Below are positions 18,180-42,621 of a stretch of DNA of 64,000 nucleotides, piece after piece. Both the position numbers and the translations under genes were made by a program. Positions within the stretch are counted from its first letter, which is position 1. Every line of letters starts with the position of its first letter. This DNA is from Felis catus (taxonomy: Eukaryota), in contig NC_058382.1 in NCBI RefSeq assembly GCF_018350175.1, positions 8,866,001 to 8,930,000 on the forward strand. Reading direction: 5' to 3'. The notes under the pieces are model-generated. The model was not told where the DNA came from. It saw nothing but the letters and a program-made list of their open reading frames with translations, and did no database searches.

Positions 18180-19361
18180 AGATTTATCTGGTTGTCTAAA
18201 TATCGGATTCCTTTTCTCCGGTCAGATTCTCAGTTTTGGCTTCCCGAGAGGAGAGCTCTGGGGCGGGTCTCCTGTCCTAGAAGGATAGACTGGGAACCCG
18301 GGTCCCTTCGGCGTGGCAGGGCCACCTGGCTGAGATGCACTTCCAGAATCAAGGAGTGATTCCCGAATCAAGGGCCAGCCCTACCCAGATCTCCTCCCCC
18401 AGGCCCAACCCCTCACATGACAACCCGTCCACACTCTTCCAGTGGGTTTCCCCTGCCTTTTCCTCTCCCCCAGCCAGTGCTGGGAGCCGGGGCAGAGGCG
18501 AAGGCTGAATAGGAACAGTGGGGTCTGAACTAACCAGGCCGACGGAGCCAGGGCGCCGGGTGCTGTTGGGGCCTCAAGCAGGGACCCAGGGGTCCGCACG
18601 CCTCCTCCATCAGACCCAAGACCAAGTCCCCAGCCATCTTCCACGCCAGTTCCCAGGAGCTAAGCTCCCATCTTTCTCCTCCACCGAGACCCCACCCCCT
18701 CCACCCCAACGCGACCACACGGGGGCCTCGTCTGGGAGGAACCAGAAAAAAGTTCTAGTAGAGAGGGGGCGGAGGGCGTTATCCTGGAACTATAGGCGGA
18801 GCCTCCCTTTGTTGCCGTCCAATCAGACTCAGAGTTGGGTTTGTGGGCGGGGCCGAGGGCACTCCTGGATTGTCTCTAGGTAAGTCGGGGGGCCTGTGTG
18901 GAAAGCTAGAAGGGAAACGCTGTGGGATTTCCTTGCACATTGAGGCGATCTTCAGGTCTGACTCCAGTCATAAAGCTCTCTGCATCACGTGAGCCACCTC
19001 GCCTTCGCTGCAACAGCATCCTTAATTTCAGTCGTGGCGTAACAGAGCCGGAAGGACGTGGCCGGCTGGTCCCCCTGAATGCCCTCAGCCTGGATTCCGC
19101 TCTTCAGCAAACCCTAGTTGTATTCGAGGGTCAACGGACAAGTTCAAGGTCGGGCAGCGGCTGCTCAGGGTGCATCGCGACTCCGGACTCCTCGGTTTCC
19201 TAACCGAGAAGTGGGAGACCTACAACTTGGGGGTCTTAGTCTCCGGGAAGGGGTTCTTTCCCCTTAGCGATCACGTCCTCCTCCGTGTGGGGTGGGCGGA
19301 CCGTCCCCATAAAGTCCAGAGAGTCCTGGTGGGTTCTGCTGGGGCTGAGCGCCCTGGGGAA

Positions 19362-22647
<3,286 letters not shown>

Positions 22648-25208
22648 GGCTAGGTCCCAAAGAGTCAGCCTTCACAGGAGCAGGTTCCGAAGGTACCGAA
22701 GGAAAAGGCCACAGTACCGTGGCACAAATAAAGATTTATCTGGTTGTCTAAATACCGGACTCACTTCCTCTGCTCTGATCCTCACTCTTGGTTTCCGAGA
22801 GGAGAACTCTGGGGCTGGTCTCCTGTCCTAGAAGGAGAGCCTGGGAACATGCGTCCCTTCATCATGACAGGGCCACCGGGCTGAGATGTAATTCCGGAAT
22901 CAAGGAGTGGGGAAGGACCAGCCCTACCCAGATCTCCTCCCTCAGGCCCGTCCTCTCCCAGGATGCCCCCTCCCAGCTCTTCCTGCCAGGTTTGCTCTTG
23001 TCTTTTCTGGATCCCCAGCCAGTACTGGGAGCCTGGGCAGAGGCAAAGGCTGAAGGGGAACAGCGGGGTCAGGAAGCAACCAGGGCCAACGGAGCCAGGG
23101 CCCCGGGGTGCTGTTGGGACCTGAAGCAGGGTAAGAACCAGGGACCCTGAAGTCCAGACCCCTCCTCCCTCAGACCTAGTGTTGAGGGAGCATAAGTGAG
23201 GCTAAGAGCAAAATAGAAGCTAGCACTCCCCACCCCCTGGTGGGATATAGGTGACGTTGCTCAGACACTCCTGAGGTACTTTGTCTTTTCTTCCTTTACT
23301 CTCATTTTAGGGGCTTTTCGCGAAGTATGGTCTTACTGGAACCCTTTTCATGTGGATTGCTCAGGCTGCAATCCTCTAGCCCATGTCTACTCTATGGGGA
23401 GGAGAAAGCCTGTCTTTTGGCTGGATGTTACTACCCTGGGTGGGGTGGTAATGAGACCCAGAAACTTGGTGCCCTCTCTTTATTCCTGTCCTCAGGCAAA
23501 GTTGTCTGTCTTGTGCATGGGACAGCCACCTGTCCAAGTAGCCAAGTGGACCAACACGGCTGCCAATCTTATGATTCCCGTGTGAGGTATCTTCCTCATT
23601 GGTCTAAGGTGATCCCCTCCACATTTCTGGTCTAGCTGCTTCTAGCCTCGGAACCTCCCACGGAGAGCTGGCGGAACCACTACTCGATTGAAAGAACATT
23701 GAACCGGGGACCGTTTCTTAGGGAAGTTGGCTGTGAAGACCTTACGTGTTGGAATATCACTTAGATCATGGTGGATTTCTGCCTTTACTGTTTTCAATCA
23801 GTGTCCTCTATTAACTGCTACTTAAATTACCAAATTGGGTCATTCCCCCTTGCAAAATTTCCAGTGTTTTCCACGGGCTCTAAATGACAGTTGACTGTCC
23901 TTCTCAGCCAGGCAAATTTGGTCCATACGTCAGACACCCATCTGTAGTCTGGGGGAAGCGAAGGGATGCTAACATCCCTCTTTTAGGAGCCCTTAATCGG
24001 CTAGTCGGTGGTCATAGAGATTTCGTTTGAGGGTTGTGTCGGGTCGCTTTGGCACCGGGAACCTCTGACGTTTCCTGTGCCTGGGACACCACCGGGGAGC
24101 CGGGGGGTGGGGCGGTTGTCAGGATAATAGAGGCTTTCTCTCTAGGAGAAGCATGGGAGCTCCTCCTCTGTCTCCAAGGAGTCTCCCCTGGGATGTCTTT
24201 TAACCCACTGGAAACAATTTGGATTGCAAAATTTAGGAAAGGATTGATCTCCTGTAATACTGCATGGCGTCCGTAGGATCTAGCAGTTAGATCTCTTCTG
24301 CAGTAAACAGGGCAAATGGACAGAGGTACCCTAGGTCCAGGCCTTCACAGCTCTAAATCACGACCCAGACCCAAAGGCTTCTTGCAGAATGTGTTTGCCA
24401 AAGTGTATTTGGCTGGTAAACTCCCTCCTGACATATTGGATGTCTAGATAGGCCTCCCCTAAGTGAATCCAGGCTGTTGGAGGAAACACAGGCCATTTCC
24501 AACCAAGGGGACGCTGACTCTTTCTCTCTGTTCCTCCTCCTAACTGGTGTGAGGGCTTCTCCCTCATGCATTTCCTGGGTTAACGGCTACAATTGGAGGT
24601 AATTGTGATTAGTCTCCCTCGGGTCTGGGACTTTACGGAATATTCCCAAGCAGCTGCCGAAACTCCATTCATTTTAGGGAAATTCCCTATCTTCTCCAGC
24701 CTGACACGGACCGCCTAATTCTTCTTTGGTGGAAAAAACATGCCATCTGCTCATCTGTTCAAGTTGACAGGCTTTAGTACCAGGAGACCCCCCTCTCTCC
24801 GCTCTCTGGGCCTTTATCTACCTTTAGGCTTCTTGGCCAAACCTCACCCCTTCAGTCTTATCCCCCTCCTGCTGTTTCTGCACCACCTTGGGTGAGACCT
24901 ACACAACTGTCTTCTATACCACCCTCAGTGCCTCAGGCACCATTGGCTCCTCCCTCAAGGTCAAGGAGCGAAGAGCACCCCCTTGGACCACCCACTTCCG
25001 GTTTCCCCACCAGTGTCCCAAGTTTAAAAAATTGACAACGGGGAACATATTATCTTGTAAGTGGATACCGGTGGAACTTATTTGGAGTTTAAACTAATTT
25101 AAGTTTGTTGATTTAATTTAATTAAGATATACATGTCTTTAGGGTTATCAGCATTAAATATGAAACGTATTCTATCTAGGTTTATTAAAGGTCAAATAAG
25201 CTCATGTT

Positions 25209-25745
25209 GGGGGCGTCTGAATGCCTCACTCAGTTGAGTGTCCAACTTTGGCTCACGTCATGATCTCACGGTTCATGGGTTCGAGCCCCATGTGGGGCTC
25301 TGTGCTGACAGCTTGGGGCCTGGAGCCTGTGTGTCCCTCTCTCTCTGCTCCTCCCCTGTTCATGCTCTGTCTCTCTTTCTCTCTCTCAAAATAAATGAAC
25401 ATTTAAAAAAAGTACACTGGTATAAGGTCGAAATTCTGCTTTTCTCTCTGTTCAAAGTCAAAGTTTTCTTGGATTGCTGGTCTGCCCTTGATAAGAAAAT
25501 GCAAACAGGGGCGCCTGGGTGGCTCAGTCGGTTAAGCGGCCGACTTCGGCTCGGGTCATGATCTCGCGGTCTGTGAGTTCGAGCCCCGCGTTGGGCTCTG
25601 TGCTGACAGCTCAGAACCTGGAGTCTGTTTCAGATTCTGTGTCTCCCTCTCTCTCTGCCCCTCCCCCGTTCATGCTCTGTCTCTCTCTGTCTCAAAAATA
25701 AATAAATGTTAAAAAAAAAATTAAAAAAAGAAGAAAAGAAAAGAA
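25209..25745 (+). mobile_element. Two carnivore SINEs inside the ERV (~25209-25410, ~25508-25745)
   Basis: SINE heads, (CT)n and polyA tails. Confidence 0.85.
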
Positions 25746-28700
25746 AACGCAAACAAAGAGTTTTTTTCTCTTTGGGAAAAAAACCAAGGCTTTAGGGTTC
25801 CTCTTTCATCAAGTCTTTAATTACTTAGTTAAAACTTCTCAGTGTTAAAGGAGCTAAGTTTTGCTAACAACTGTATAACCTTACATGTTTGCCTTTGGGA
25901 TCTCTTGTTGCCATCCTGGTTAAATAATGTAAAGTTTGATGATTTGTAATGATCTGTAATCCTATTTAGGATGTGCTTTGTAGCTTACTGAGGTTTTAGC
26001 AAACTTTCCCGCATTTAAATCATAAATGAAGTCTTTTTTTTTTTTTTTTTTTTTAACCAATTAGGCATTTTCTGGCATATTAAGTTACTCTGGAACCACT
26101 TTCCAACAAATAATGGTATTGCACGGGTAAATGCTAGAACCGTTCAAATATATATATATATATATGTGATTCCTAAACTTTTAATATCTTGGTATAAGGT
26201 CTTCCTTTGGTACTCTATCAAAGTATTATGTGTCTTTGAACACTGGATGACCTTGCTAACTGCATCATAATGAACTCTCATATCATATGGTGAACATGTC
26301 CATTTCTGACATTTTGTCATTTATAGTTGTGGTTCTGATACTCATCTTCAAGGAGATTAATCAAAAGGATTTTTAGGACAAAGAGAGATATTTGACATCT
26401 CCAAGATGAGTACTTAAATGGGTGAGAAGCTGCCTTCAAACTGGACAAGAATTAGGAACAGTGGACTAAATGAAGTGAGGAAGAGGTTCGAGTTTTGTGA
26501 CTCTCGTTGGAAATATTGCCGGTCCTTTAATGTTTGCTCTTCCAGATGAAGGGAACTTTCTCTTAAGGTACCTATGACAAAGGGAAATGTGATAGAGTAT
26601 TCATTTGTGTACACACTGAAGCATTTAACTTTTCTCTCTACCTAAACCCTCTACAATTCAAAGACTCTCAGTGAATATCTGTTCACAACAATTAGAATCA
26701 TTTGCATAAGTTCAGTAAGAATCTGTTCTGCTTGCAACAGGATGCCATTGGAAATACGGTTATTTTAGCAAGGCTTTGACCGGAATGTCCTGCTTGAGAG
26801 ACATGAGTAGACTCAGACATGACCATACAGCTCTAAGAAACTAAGGTTGACTTTATGAAACAGGGAGCCATAAAGCCCTTTGGAAATGTCGGCCTGAAAC
26901 CTTGCTCACAGAGTTCCCAGCAGCCTTACCAGTTGCGTAAAACATGTCACTTCCTGGCAGGTGTAGGAACCTCAGGATAGCTTGGGGACCTCGTGAAGAG
27001 GAATTCGCCCAATTCCACAGGTATTGCAGCCATGTCTGATGGCAAGTGCTTGGCTTGGCTTCTGGCCTGTAGAGGCTACTAAAAGTTCAATCTAGAGATT
27101 CCCTATAAAAGGTTCCAGCAAAGCAAACTTTAAAAGATCCTTATACTCGATCGCTCTTCTTGCTCAGCTTATCTGAATAAGTAGGCCAAGTTTATCAAAC
27201 TAGATGTGTTTTACAAGCGAATTAGGCTGGATTTGGCCATCTCTGGAAATGAGGGTTACTAGGGAGAAAAATTAGGTTTCAACAATAGACCTTAATGGAT
27301 ACTAAATTCTAGCTGATTTTCTTTAAATGTTTGCCTAAGCTGGACAACTTGAGGCACTTCAGAGATATTGTCACAATAGCACAGGTATGGACAATCTTTT
27401 TGCTTCTTATTCTGTGGGGATAATAATATGACTCAATGGGCATAGGATTATTTGAACAACGGGAAAATGGGAAGGACTCCCCTAGCAATCATACATAAAA
27501 AAGACTTTTCTCGCTGTAAACCTATCAGTAGATAAAGGCTATAGAGCTTTATGAAATTATTCACCTGAATCTAACGTATCCTTCCTAAACCTGACCCGGT
27601 GATTACTAGAAACTCACACCATATAAACCCAGGAGGCCTTGTTTATTTAGAGGATTAAAAGTCTAATACAGCAGGGGATTTAACTCCAAAATAAAAGTGC
27701 CCCCAACGAGTCCTATTATATACTCCCACTGCAGTACAGTTAGAGGGAAACTCTTCATGAGCCCCTGTATCTAAATAAAACCCGTACCCCCTTTACAGGA
27801 AGTCAATGAACAAACTAATGTGCCTTCATCTTCCTGTGAACCTGTGCAAGACCTCGAACCTGCCTTATGATGGTTGAGCCTTTCCTTTCTCATTCTCCTT
27901 TCCCCAATTTATACTAACGATTCCTTTGTACAATGGGCATAGCATTAGTGCTGAACCCCAAAGTCAGACAGCTTGCTGGATACGTAGAGTTTTGCCCATG
28001 TCAAGCACATCTGGGTTACCATGGTGGGTCTCCCCTTTACAAGGTATTGGTTGGCACTCTGTATGTACTTGGATTTCAAAAATAGCATAGAAAGATACGA
28101 TGTTTCAAAAGAAGTCTATCACTAATCAAAATGTTCCTTTCTGGTCCAGGAGCGATGTCTTGGAATTTACCAGGACATAACTGGACTTTTTCATATCCTC
28201 AGCCTGTGAAGGTAGTAGCTGATTTTACAAACCCACAAGGTAATACCCACCAACGAGGGCTTAAGTTACAAATCCCCACTTATCAGCATACTGTGGATGG
28301 CATATGTCAAATTTGGGATGCATATTTATGGCTCACACTCACCATGGGATCGCTCAGTCACAAAGGACAATTTTATGCAGGGAACAAAGAAATGATACAT
28401 ATGATACGTAGTACTTACCTATGGCCCTGGCTTTCTCCAAGATGGATAGATAGATCACTGCACCTTAGAATTTGCCTGGATTCATGGGCGCATTATTAAA
28501 ACCATCGCTGCCCCAGCTGACCTTCCAGATTTAAAACAAAAGTGGGCAGGACCTGTTTCCGCTGTCATGATCACTTGGCATCCATTTTTGTCCCATGTGT
28601 AGGGTTAAAAAGTGTCATTTGGCATGTGAAAGCCCTCGATAACTAGACCGTAGGGGCATTCAATAACTCACCAAACAGCATCTGGTTACTCAACACTGAG

Positions 28701-28886
28701 GTCGCGTAGACGCGCAACACAGCTCTGTAAAATAGAAGAGCATTAGATGTTTTCGCTGCTGTACAAGGTGGAAGTTGTGCTCTCATAAAAACAATGCTGT
28801 GTATTGTTCCAGATGACCACAAATGTAGTTCTGGGTTTCTACCTAACATGAGTACTCAAATGGGTGCTTTAAACAATCCCTTTCAT

Positions 28887-29117
28887 GGGGCACCTGGGTG
28901 GCTCAGTCGACTGAGCATTCGACTTCGGCTTGGGTCATGATCTCATGGTTTGTGGGTTTGAGCCCCACATCGGGCTCTGTGCTGACAGCTCAGAGCCTGG
29001 AGCCTGCTTCGGATTCTAGGTCTCCCTCTCTCGGTGCCCCTCCCCCACTCACACTCTCTTTCTCTCTCTCTCTCTCTTGCTCTAAAAAATAATTAAAACA
29101 AACAAACAAACAAAAAA
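28887..29117 (+). mobile_element. Carnivore SINE inserted in the env remnant
   Basis: ggggcacctgggtggctcagtc head, (CT)n, A-rich tail. Confidence 0.85.
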
Positions 29118-29699
29118 CCCCAATGACTCCCTTTCCTTCAGCGATTGGTTAAATTCTTGCACTAGACCATTTTTGGCAACTACCAAAGGACTTTTATTGG
29201 AGTTTCTTTCTTGTTATTCAAATTGTCCTGCTGTATCTCATCCTGGTCCCAAGACTCCATCACTGCATTAACTTCAAGCCAACAGACAACCCTTTCTACA
29301 CGAGGAGGTTCCTGTATGTTGCCCACGTCGGATTCAGCTGCCTCCATTTTGGTAACTACGCTCATAGGCCCTCAACTGATCCATATTGACCCATAGTGTA
29401 ATGGCACCAAGGTCCGCACAGAGAGTCGTGACACCTAGGCGTTTCTTTCCAGGAAGCAACTTGATTCATCTTGCCAGCACGGCCTCAATGGGTTGGTACC
29501 CCCAACAAACTGACCCGTGAGTGCAGCGGGGTATGGCCTTTTATAACAATTTCTAATTCTTTGCTTTCCATACATGGTAACATACGGACGTACAGCCTGA
29601 TTGGGCGGTCTATGTTATGGAGCCCTGAGGAAATTCAGGACTATGTGCCCATAGCCCGGTTGCCCTTCCTTGTCTCCTCCTTCAGGCTCTACCCTCCTA

Positions 29700-33106
<3,407 letters not shown>

Positions 33107-34281
33107 GCCACAGTCCCAAGGCGCAAATAAAGATTTATCTGGTTGTCTCTACATCAGGTTCATTTCCTCAGGTCTGATCCTCGGTTTTGGTTTCCCCAGA
33201 GGAGAGGTGTGGGCTGGTCTCGTGTCCTAGAAAGAGAGATCGGGAACCCTGTCCCTTCGTCGTGGCAGGGCCTCACTGGCTGAGAGGTCGTTCCAGAATT
33301 AAGAAGTGGGGAAGGGCCAGTCCTACCTAATTGTCCCTCCCCACCCCCACCCAGGTCCGGTCCTCTCCAAGGAACCCTGTCCCCACACTTAGCATGGGTT
33401 TCCTCTTGCCTTTTCCTGTCCTGCAGCCAGTGCTGGGAGCTGGGGCAAAGCCTGACAGGAACAGTGGGGTCAGGAAGCCACCAGGGCCAAGGGAGCCAGG
33501 GTTCCGGGGTGCTGTTGGGACCTGAGGCAGGGGAAGACCCAGGCATCCGGGGGTCCACACCCAAGAGCCCGTCTCCAGCAGTCTTCCATCCCAGCACCCA
33601 TGAGCTAAGCTCCCATCCTTCTCCTCCACCCAGACTTGCGAGTTCACCCCAGCCCCCAGCACGGCAACCCCACCACTGAGGGCCTAGTCTGGGGGGACCA
33701 GATGAACTTTCTAGTCTGAGACGGGGCTGTCTGCTTTGTCCTGGAACCATAGGCAGAGCCTCCCTTTGTTGCCGTCCAATCAGACTCAGAGTTGGGTTTG
33801 TGGGCGGGGCCAAGAAAACTCCCGGGGAGCGTCGTCTCTAGGGAAGTCCGGCGGGGGGGCGGGCCAGGTAGTAACGTAGAAGGGGGAGGGTGTGGGAATT
33901 CCTTGTAGTTCGGGGTGAAAGGTGACCCTGGCTCCGGTCATAAAGCCCTCCACATCACGTGACCAACGTCACCCTCTCCCCAACAACATCCTTATTTTCA
34001 GTCTTGGGAAATCGAGTGGAAGACGGTGGCCTGCTCGTCCCTTCCAAAAGCCCTCAGCCTGGTTTCGACCTTGACAACATTCAAGGTCAAGGTCGGGCAG
34101 CGGCTGTCTAGGGTGCCTTGGGACTCCGGACACCTCGGGTTCCTAACGGAGAAGTGGGAGCCCTGCAAATTGGGGCTCTTCGTCTCAGGGATAGCTTCTT
34201 TCCCCTTAGCGATCACCTCCTCCGAGTGGGCTGGGAGGACCCTCCCCGGGAATCTGTGCGGGGCTGAGCCCTCCGGCCTCA

Positions 34282-37861
<3,580 letters not shown>

Positions 37862-39135
37862 CGTCAGCTGTCACAGAGCCACGTTCTCAAAGTACCGAAG
37901 GACAAGGACACAGGACCAAGTCACAAATAAAGATTTATCTGGTTGCTGAAATATCAGATTCGTTTCCTCGGGTCTGATCCTCAGTTTTGGTTTCCCGAGA
38001 GGAGAGCTCTGGGGCCGGCCTCCTGTCCGAGAAGGAGAGACCCGGTGGCGGGGTCCCTTCGTGGTGGCAGGGCCACCTGGCTGAGATGTAATTCCAGCAT
38101 CGAGGAGTGGGGCAGAGCCAGCCCTACCCAGATCTCCTCCCCCAGGCCCATCTCTTGACAGGACGGCCCCTCCTCACTCTTCCAGCCGGCTTTCCTCTGG
38201 CGTTTTCCTGTCCCCCAGCCAGTGCTGCGAGCCGGGGCAGAGGCAAAGCCTGAACGTGAACAGCGGGTCTAGGAACCAACCAGGGAGAACGGAAACAGGA
38301 CGCCGGGGTGCCGTTGGGACTTGAAGCAGGGTAAGAATCGGGGACCCGGGGATCCTCACGCCTCCTACTTCAGACCCAAGAGCCAGTCCCCAGGCATCTC
38401 CCATAACAGCACCCAGGAGTTAGGCTCCCATCCTTCTCCTCCACCCACACTCATTAGTCTGAGCCACCCCTCTACCCCAACCCGACCACTCAAGGGCCTC
38501 ATCTGGAAGGAATACATGAAAAGGTCTAGGGTGAGAGGGGGCGGTCTGCATCATCCTGGAACCACAGGCGGAGCCTCCTTTTGTTGACGTCCAATCAGAC
38601 TCAGAGTTGGATTTCTGGGCGGGGCCAATGGAGCTTCCTGGGAGTGTCTCTAGGGAAGTCGGGGGCCCAGTGTAGGCAGGTGGAAGGCGGCGGCTGTGGG
38701 ATTCCATTGTACATTGAGGCGATCCTCGAGCCTGACTCCAGTCATAAAGTTCTCCACGTCACGTGACCAACCTCACCCTCGCTCCAACAACATCCTTAAT
38801 ATGATTCATGGCAAAATAGACTGGAGGGAGGTGGCCGGCTCGTCCCTCTAAATGCCCTCAGCCTGGATTCCGCTATTCAGTGAACCCTACGTGTATTCGA
38901 GGGTACACCCTTCAAGCTCAAGGTCGGAGAGCGGCTGTTCAGGGTGCATCGGGACTCCGGACTCCTCGGTTTCCTAACCGAGAAGTGGGAGACCTACAAA
39001 TTGGGGGTCTTAGTCTCCGGGAAGGGGTTCTTTCCCCTTAGCGATCACGTCCTCCTCCGTGTGGGGTGGGCGGACCCTCCCCATAAAGTCCAGAGAGTCC
39101 TGGTGGGTTCTGCTGGGGCTGAGCGCCCTGGGGAA

Positions 39136-42100
39136 ATGGGTCCCCAAGTTGCCCTCCTGGTGGCGGCGCTAGCCGGCTGCCTGCTTCCTGCCCGGAGCTG
39201 TATCGCCTGTGATGAGAGGGTTGGGAAGCAGTTGGACGCCTTGGAAAAAGAATACCTGCGAACCCACCTTGCCCCCGGGCGGCACAGGGAAGTGATGGAA
39301 AAGATAAGAGAGACCGTCGACAATTTCAAGGACCTGCCAGATATACAGTCTACTTTAAATGGGGCTGTCGGTGAGGGCACGGCAGAGCGTGGGAACCCTG
39401 GGTCCTGGGAAAGGAGGGGGTCTAGTGTCAGAATTGCTAGGGGCAGGGGGCGACGGGAGGGAAAGGCTGAAGGCAGAGTCTACTGGGTTCGGGCGTGGAG
39501 AAGGCTGGGATGCAGAATCCAGGCCTCGCCAGGGCTAGGAATACACTTCCCCTATAGGCCTTACCTTGCCATTTTGGATAAAAACTACAACTCCCAGCAG
39601 GCAACGGGCGGGCAATCGCTTTACAGCCCCATCCTTGCCCAGGAGCCACATGGGTATTGTAGTTTGTAACGCTAGCTGAGCCAAGAGAGCTTAAGGCTTG
39701 GAATCTGAGGTTCTGTCTCCCCTCCCCGCATCCCCTGTTCCCCTCCAGATGAGGCCACAATGAAAATGGCAGCGTCGAGTTTTCTGAGGAGTGTGAAACT
39801 TATCACAAACCGTGGTTTAAGAGGTAAATGCACACAGATGGGGGGGGGCGGGGGGAGAAGCTCCAGAATCTTTGGCTCTGGAGTCAACCTGCCTAGCTTC
39901 AAATACCTGCCCAGTCATCCCCTAGCTGCGTGGCCTTGGAGGAGGTTTTCCACGTCTAAAATGGATCATAACGGTGCCTGGACACCGGCCCTCGCTTAGC
40001 TCAGTGGCCGGCGTGGTTAAGTGGCCATTCAATTTCATTGTGGCTCCCTGAGAAGTCCCCAACGGGAATTGGCATGCCCTTCAGACAGAGACAAACTTCC
40101 TGTACCTCACTCCTGGGGTGGGGAGCGGAGGGGTCGCACTCCCTGTCACCCTGCTTCTTCCCAGATGACACTTTCGTGAAGGAGTTCTCCGCGATGTTGA
40201 CTCGGGAAAAGGAAACGTTTCGGCACAATGTCGCTCGGTTTCACGGAGGTGAGGGAAGATGGGCTCCGTCAGGGACCACAGCCCCTTCCTCCACCAGTCC
40301 CAGGGTCTCTGTCCCCAGCCCCCTGCTTCTCTACGTCCAGCGCCTCACCTCTCCCGACCGCGCCCTCCCTTGGACCCAGAGCTCCAGGCACCCGGGTCCT
40401 TCCTCCCTCCAACCCAAGCACCCAACCCCCACCTATTCCTTGGCCCCCCTCTCTGGTGTCCTCTACCTTTGAAACCTTATAATAATTTCATTCTTTTCTC
40501 CAGGTGAGGATTCTTGTCCCAACAAATGTGGTGAGTCCGGATCATGGATACTGGTTTTCTACCCTTCATCCTTGCCCCGTGAATACCCAGCCTTTCTCCT
40601 CCGGCTTTGGGTCTCGGTGGTTCTTCCTTCCCCACGTCTGAGAGGTTCCTGGTCCCCAGTAGTCCTTCTGCACAGCGGGCTTCCTGGATAGCGGGTCCCC
40701 TTCTCTGGGCGCTCTTTCCTGAGATTGGTTACACCCCTCTTCAGGGAGGACTGCCTTCTAGCCCCGCCCCTTGGGCTGACCCCTAGGGATTAGGGGCCTG
40801 ACTCCGCCCCCGACCTTGGCCCTGCCCTCTCCGTGGAGCCCCTTTTCTTGGGGCGAATTACAGCCTCGTTCATGCCCCTTCAGGTGTATTGTTGCGGCTT
40901 CTGAGGTGGTGCGATTCTTGCCTGCTGCACACGTACCCTTGTCGAAAGTCCACAGATTGTGGAGGTGAGAGGGCTGGCGCCAGCGGGAGGGGTTGGCGCA
41001 GGAGGGGCGGAGCCAGGAGAGAGGGAGTCTTGACAGGGCGGAGACTGAACCAGGCCTGTTAGCAAAGAAGGGCTTAGACCCGGTTGGAGGGAGTTGATGG
41101 AGGGCCTGGAAGCACGAGGAAGCACCCCACCATTACCCTCGTCCCCAGTGCGCCAAATCAACGTCAATGAAAAGGAAGACCTGGTCCTGGACTGTGAGCT
41201 CGACTGGCACAAAATTGCTACAGGCGCGACCCGTTACAGCTTTTACAGGGTGGGCCCTTCAAGCCCAAGTCCATTAGGGTTGTGAGCCCCCGACGCCTGT
41301 AGCCACAGGCTTGTTCCCACAATCCCTGTGACCCATGACCTACCCGGTTTGCCTTCTACGGATCCCCGGCGACCCCACGCCCTTACGGGTATACCCTGGA
41401 CCCCCATCTCTCTCCTGAGATCTCGTGATGTTCTCGCCCCTGTACTTCCCCAAACCCTGAATTCCCCAGGCCTGTGTGACCCCTTGAGTTTTGGGTCTAG
41501 GTTTGGGGGAGCAAAGCTGACAGCTTGTTGTACACGGGGAAATGGCCCACCCTGACCAAGCAACTGGTGAGGCCCGCGGATGCAGGTACCTACCGCTGCG
41601 CGTTGGGCACTCCGGGAGTGAGCCTATTCTCGGCCCTCCGTTTTGAAGTCACAGGTCAGTGCTGTTGACAGAAGTGGGGGATTCAGTTTCCTTAAAACGA
41701 AGTGGGGGATTCAGTTGGATTAAAACTGCCTGTCAGAGTGTGGTTTCAGGCCACGGGGGTGTGGCTTCCTGGCCTGGGGGTGGCCCCCAGCCACCTTGAC
41801 CTGCTTTCTGTAGTTAGGGTTGGGAGTATCTCCTGGAAGGCCTGGGTGTTGGGGACGGTTGACGTGGCGAGAGCTTGCCTGGGTGAGGACGGGCCCTTGG
41901 GACCCTCTCAGGTCCGTTCATTTCCTCTTCTTTATCAGTGTTGCCTCGGAAAATCATTTCGGTGATGGTGACATCTCCCAAGTCTGCAGCCATTGTAACC
42001 CAGCCATCAACCATTGGAACCCAGTCACCAACCAATGGAACGCAGTCACCAGCCATTGGAACCGAGGCTGAGGAGGAAATCTGGGATGACCTTTCCCCAA

Positions 42101-42621
42101 CCCTCGTGCCCTCAGAGTGTTCAAAGCCCGAAAATGTGCAGACCGGCCGTCTGATAGGGCTGCTTCTCTGGTGCTTTTTCCTGCTGATCATAGGATTTTT
42201 CACTGGGTGAGCCAACCACGGAAGAAGGCAGGGCTTGGGGTGGGGGGCGGGGTCCCCACCTTCCTAATGTGGGAGGGGTCTTGTGGGGTTTAGAAAACTG
42301 GGAGGGGCTCACCTACATGGGCGAAGCTTGGGTCATTGCTAGAAAGGATCCAATACAGGGAGGGTGGGAGGGGTGTCCCTCAGTCAGGACCGAATCTGTT
42401 ACCCCATTTTGCACCCTACCGTCCCCAGCGTACTTTGCTTTCGGTCTGGGATGGTGACCGATTCCATAAAGTCCAGATTCCGCACCGACAAGGCAGCTGC
42501 TCCACAGGACCAGCTTCCACAGAGTTGGCTGTCACAGAACCAGCTGTCACATGACCAGCTGTCACAGAGTCCGCTCTCAGAAACCCAGGTTCCGAAAGCT
42601 GAGAAACTTCCGAAGGAATAG
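39136..42621 (+). CDS. IZUMO1: IZUMO1 copy 6, open frame, 405 aa, most divergent; exons 39136-39370, 39749-39823, 40165-40248, 40504-40530, 40884-40964, 41149-41249, 41501-41654, 41939-42206, 42429-42621
   Basis: Frame is intact if the 27-nt microexon (ctccag|GTGAGGATTCTTGTCCCAACAAATGTG|gt) is used; ten Cys kept; W113A; hinge LRWCDSCLLHTYPCRK. Confidence 0.83.

Larger units (their letters stand above)
23180..29699. mobile_element. Decayed, rearranged endogenous retrovirus (ERV1-like) interrupting the array
   Basis: Abrupt change to AT-rich, non-array sequence starting with TG at 23180. Integrase C-terminal motif on + (27620-27760: PGGLVYL..LTPK*K.P..VLLYTPTAVQLEG). Env TM motif on + (28725-28815: L*NRRALDVFAAVQGGSCALIK). 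PBS-like TGGTGGGGAAACCGGAAG on - (25012-24995). LTR-like segment on - (~29397-29690, TATAAAA and CCAAT). Confidence 0.75.

Noticed and set aside
27860-29260. Env remnant inside a fusion-gene array as a possible syncytin-like co-opted fusogen
   Set aside because: Multiple stops and frameshifts (including within the L*NRRALD motif) and a SINE insertion; no long ORF
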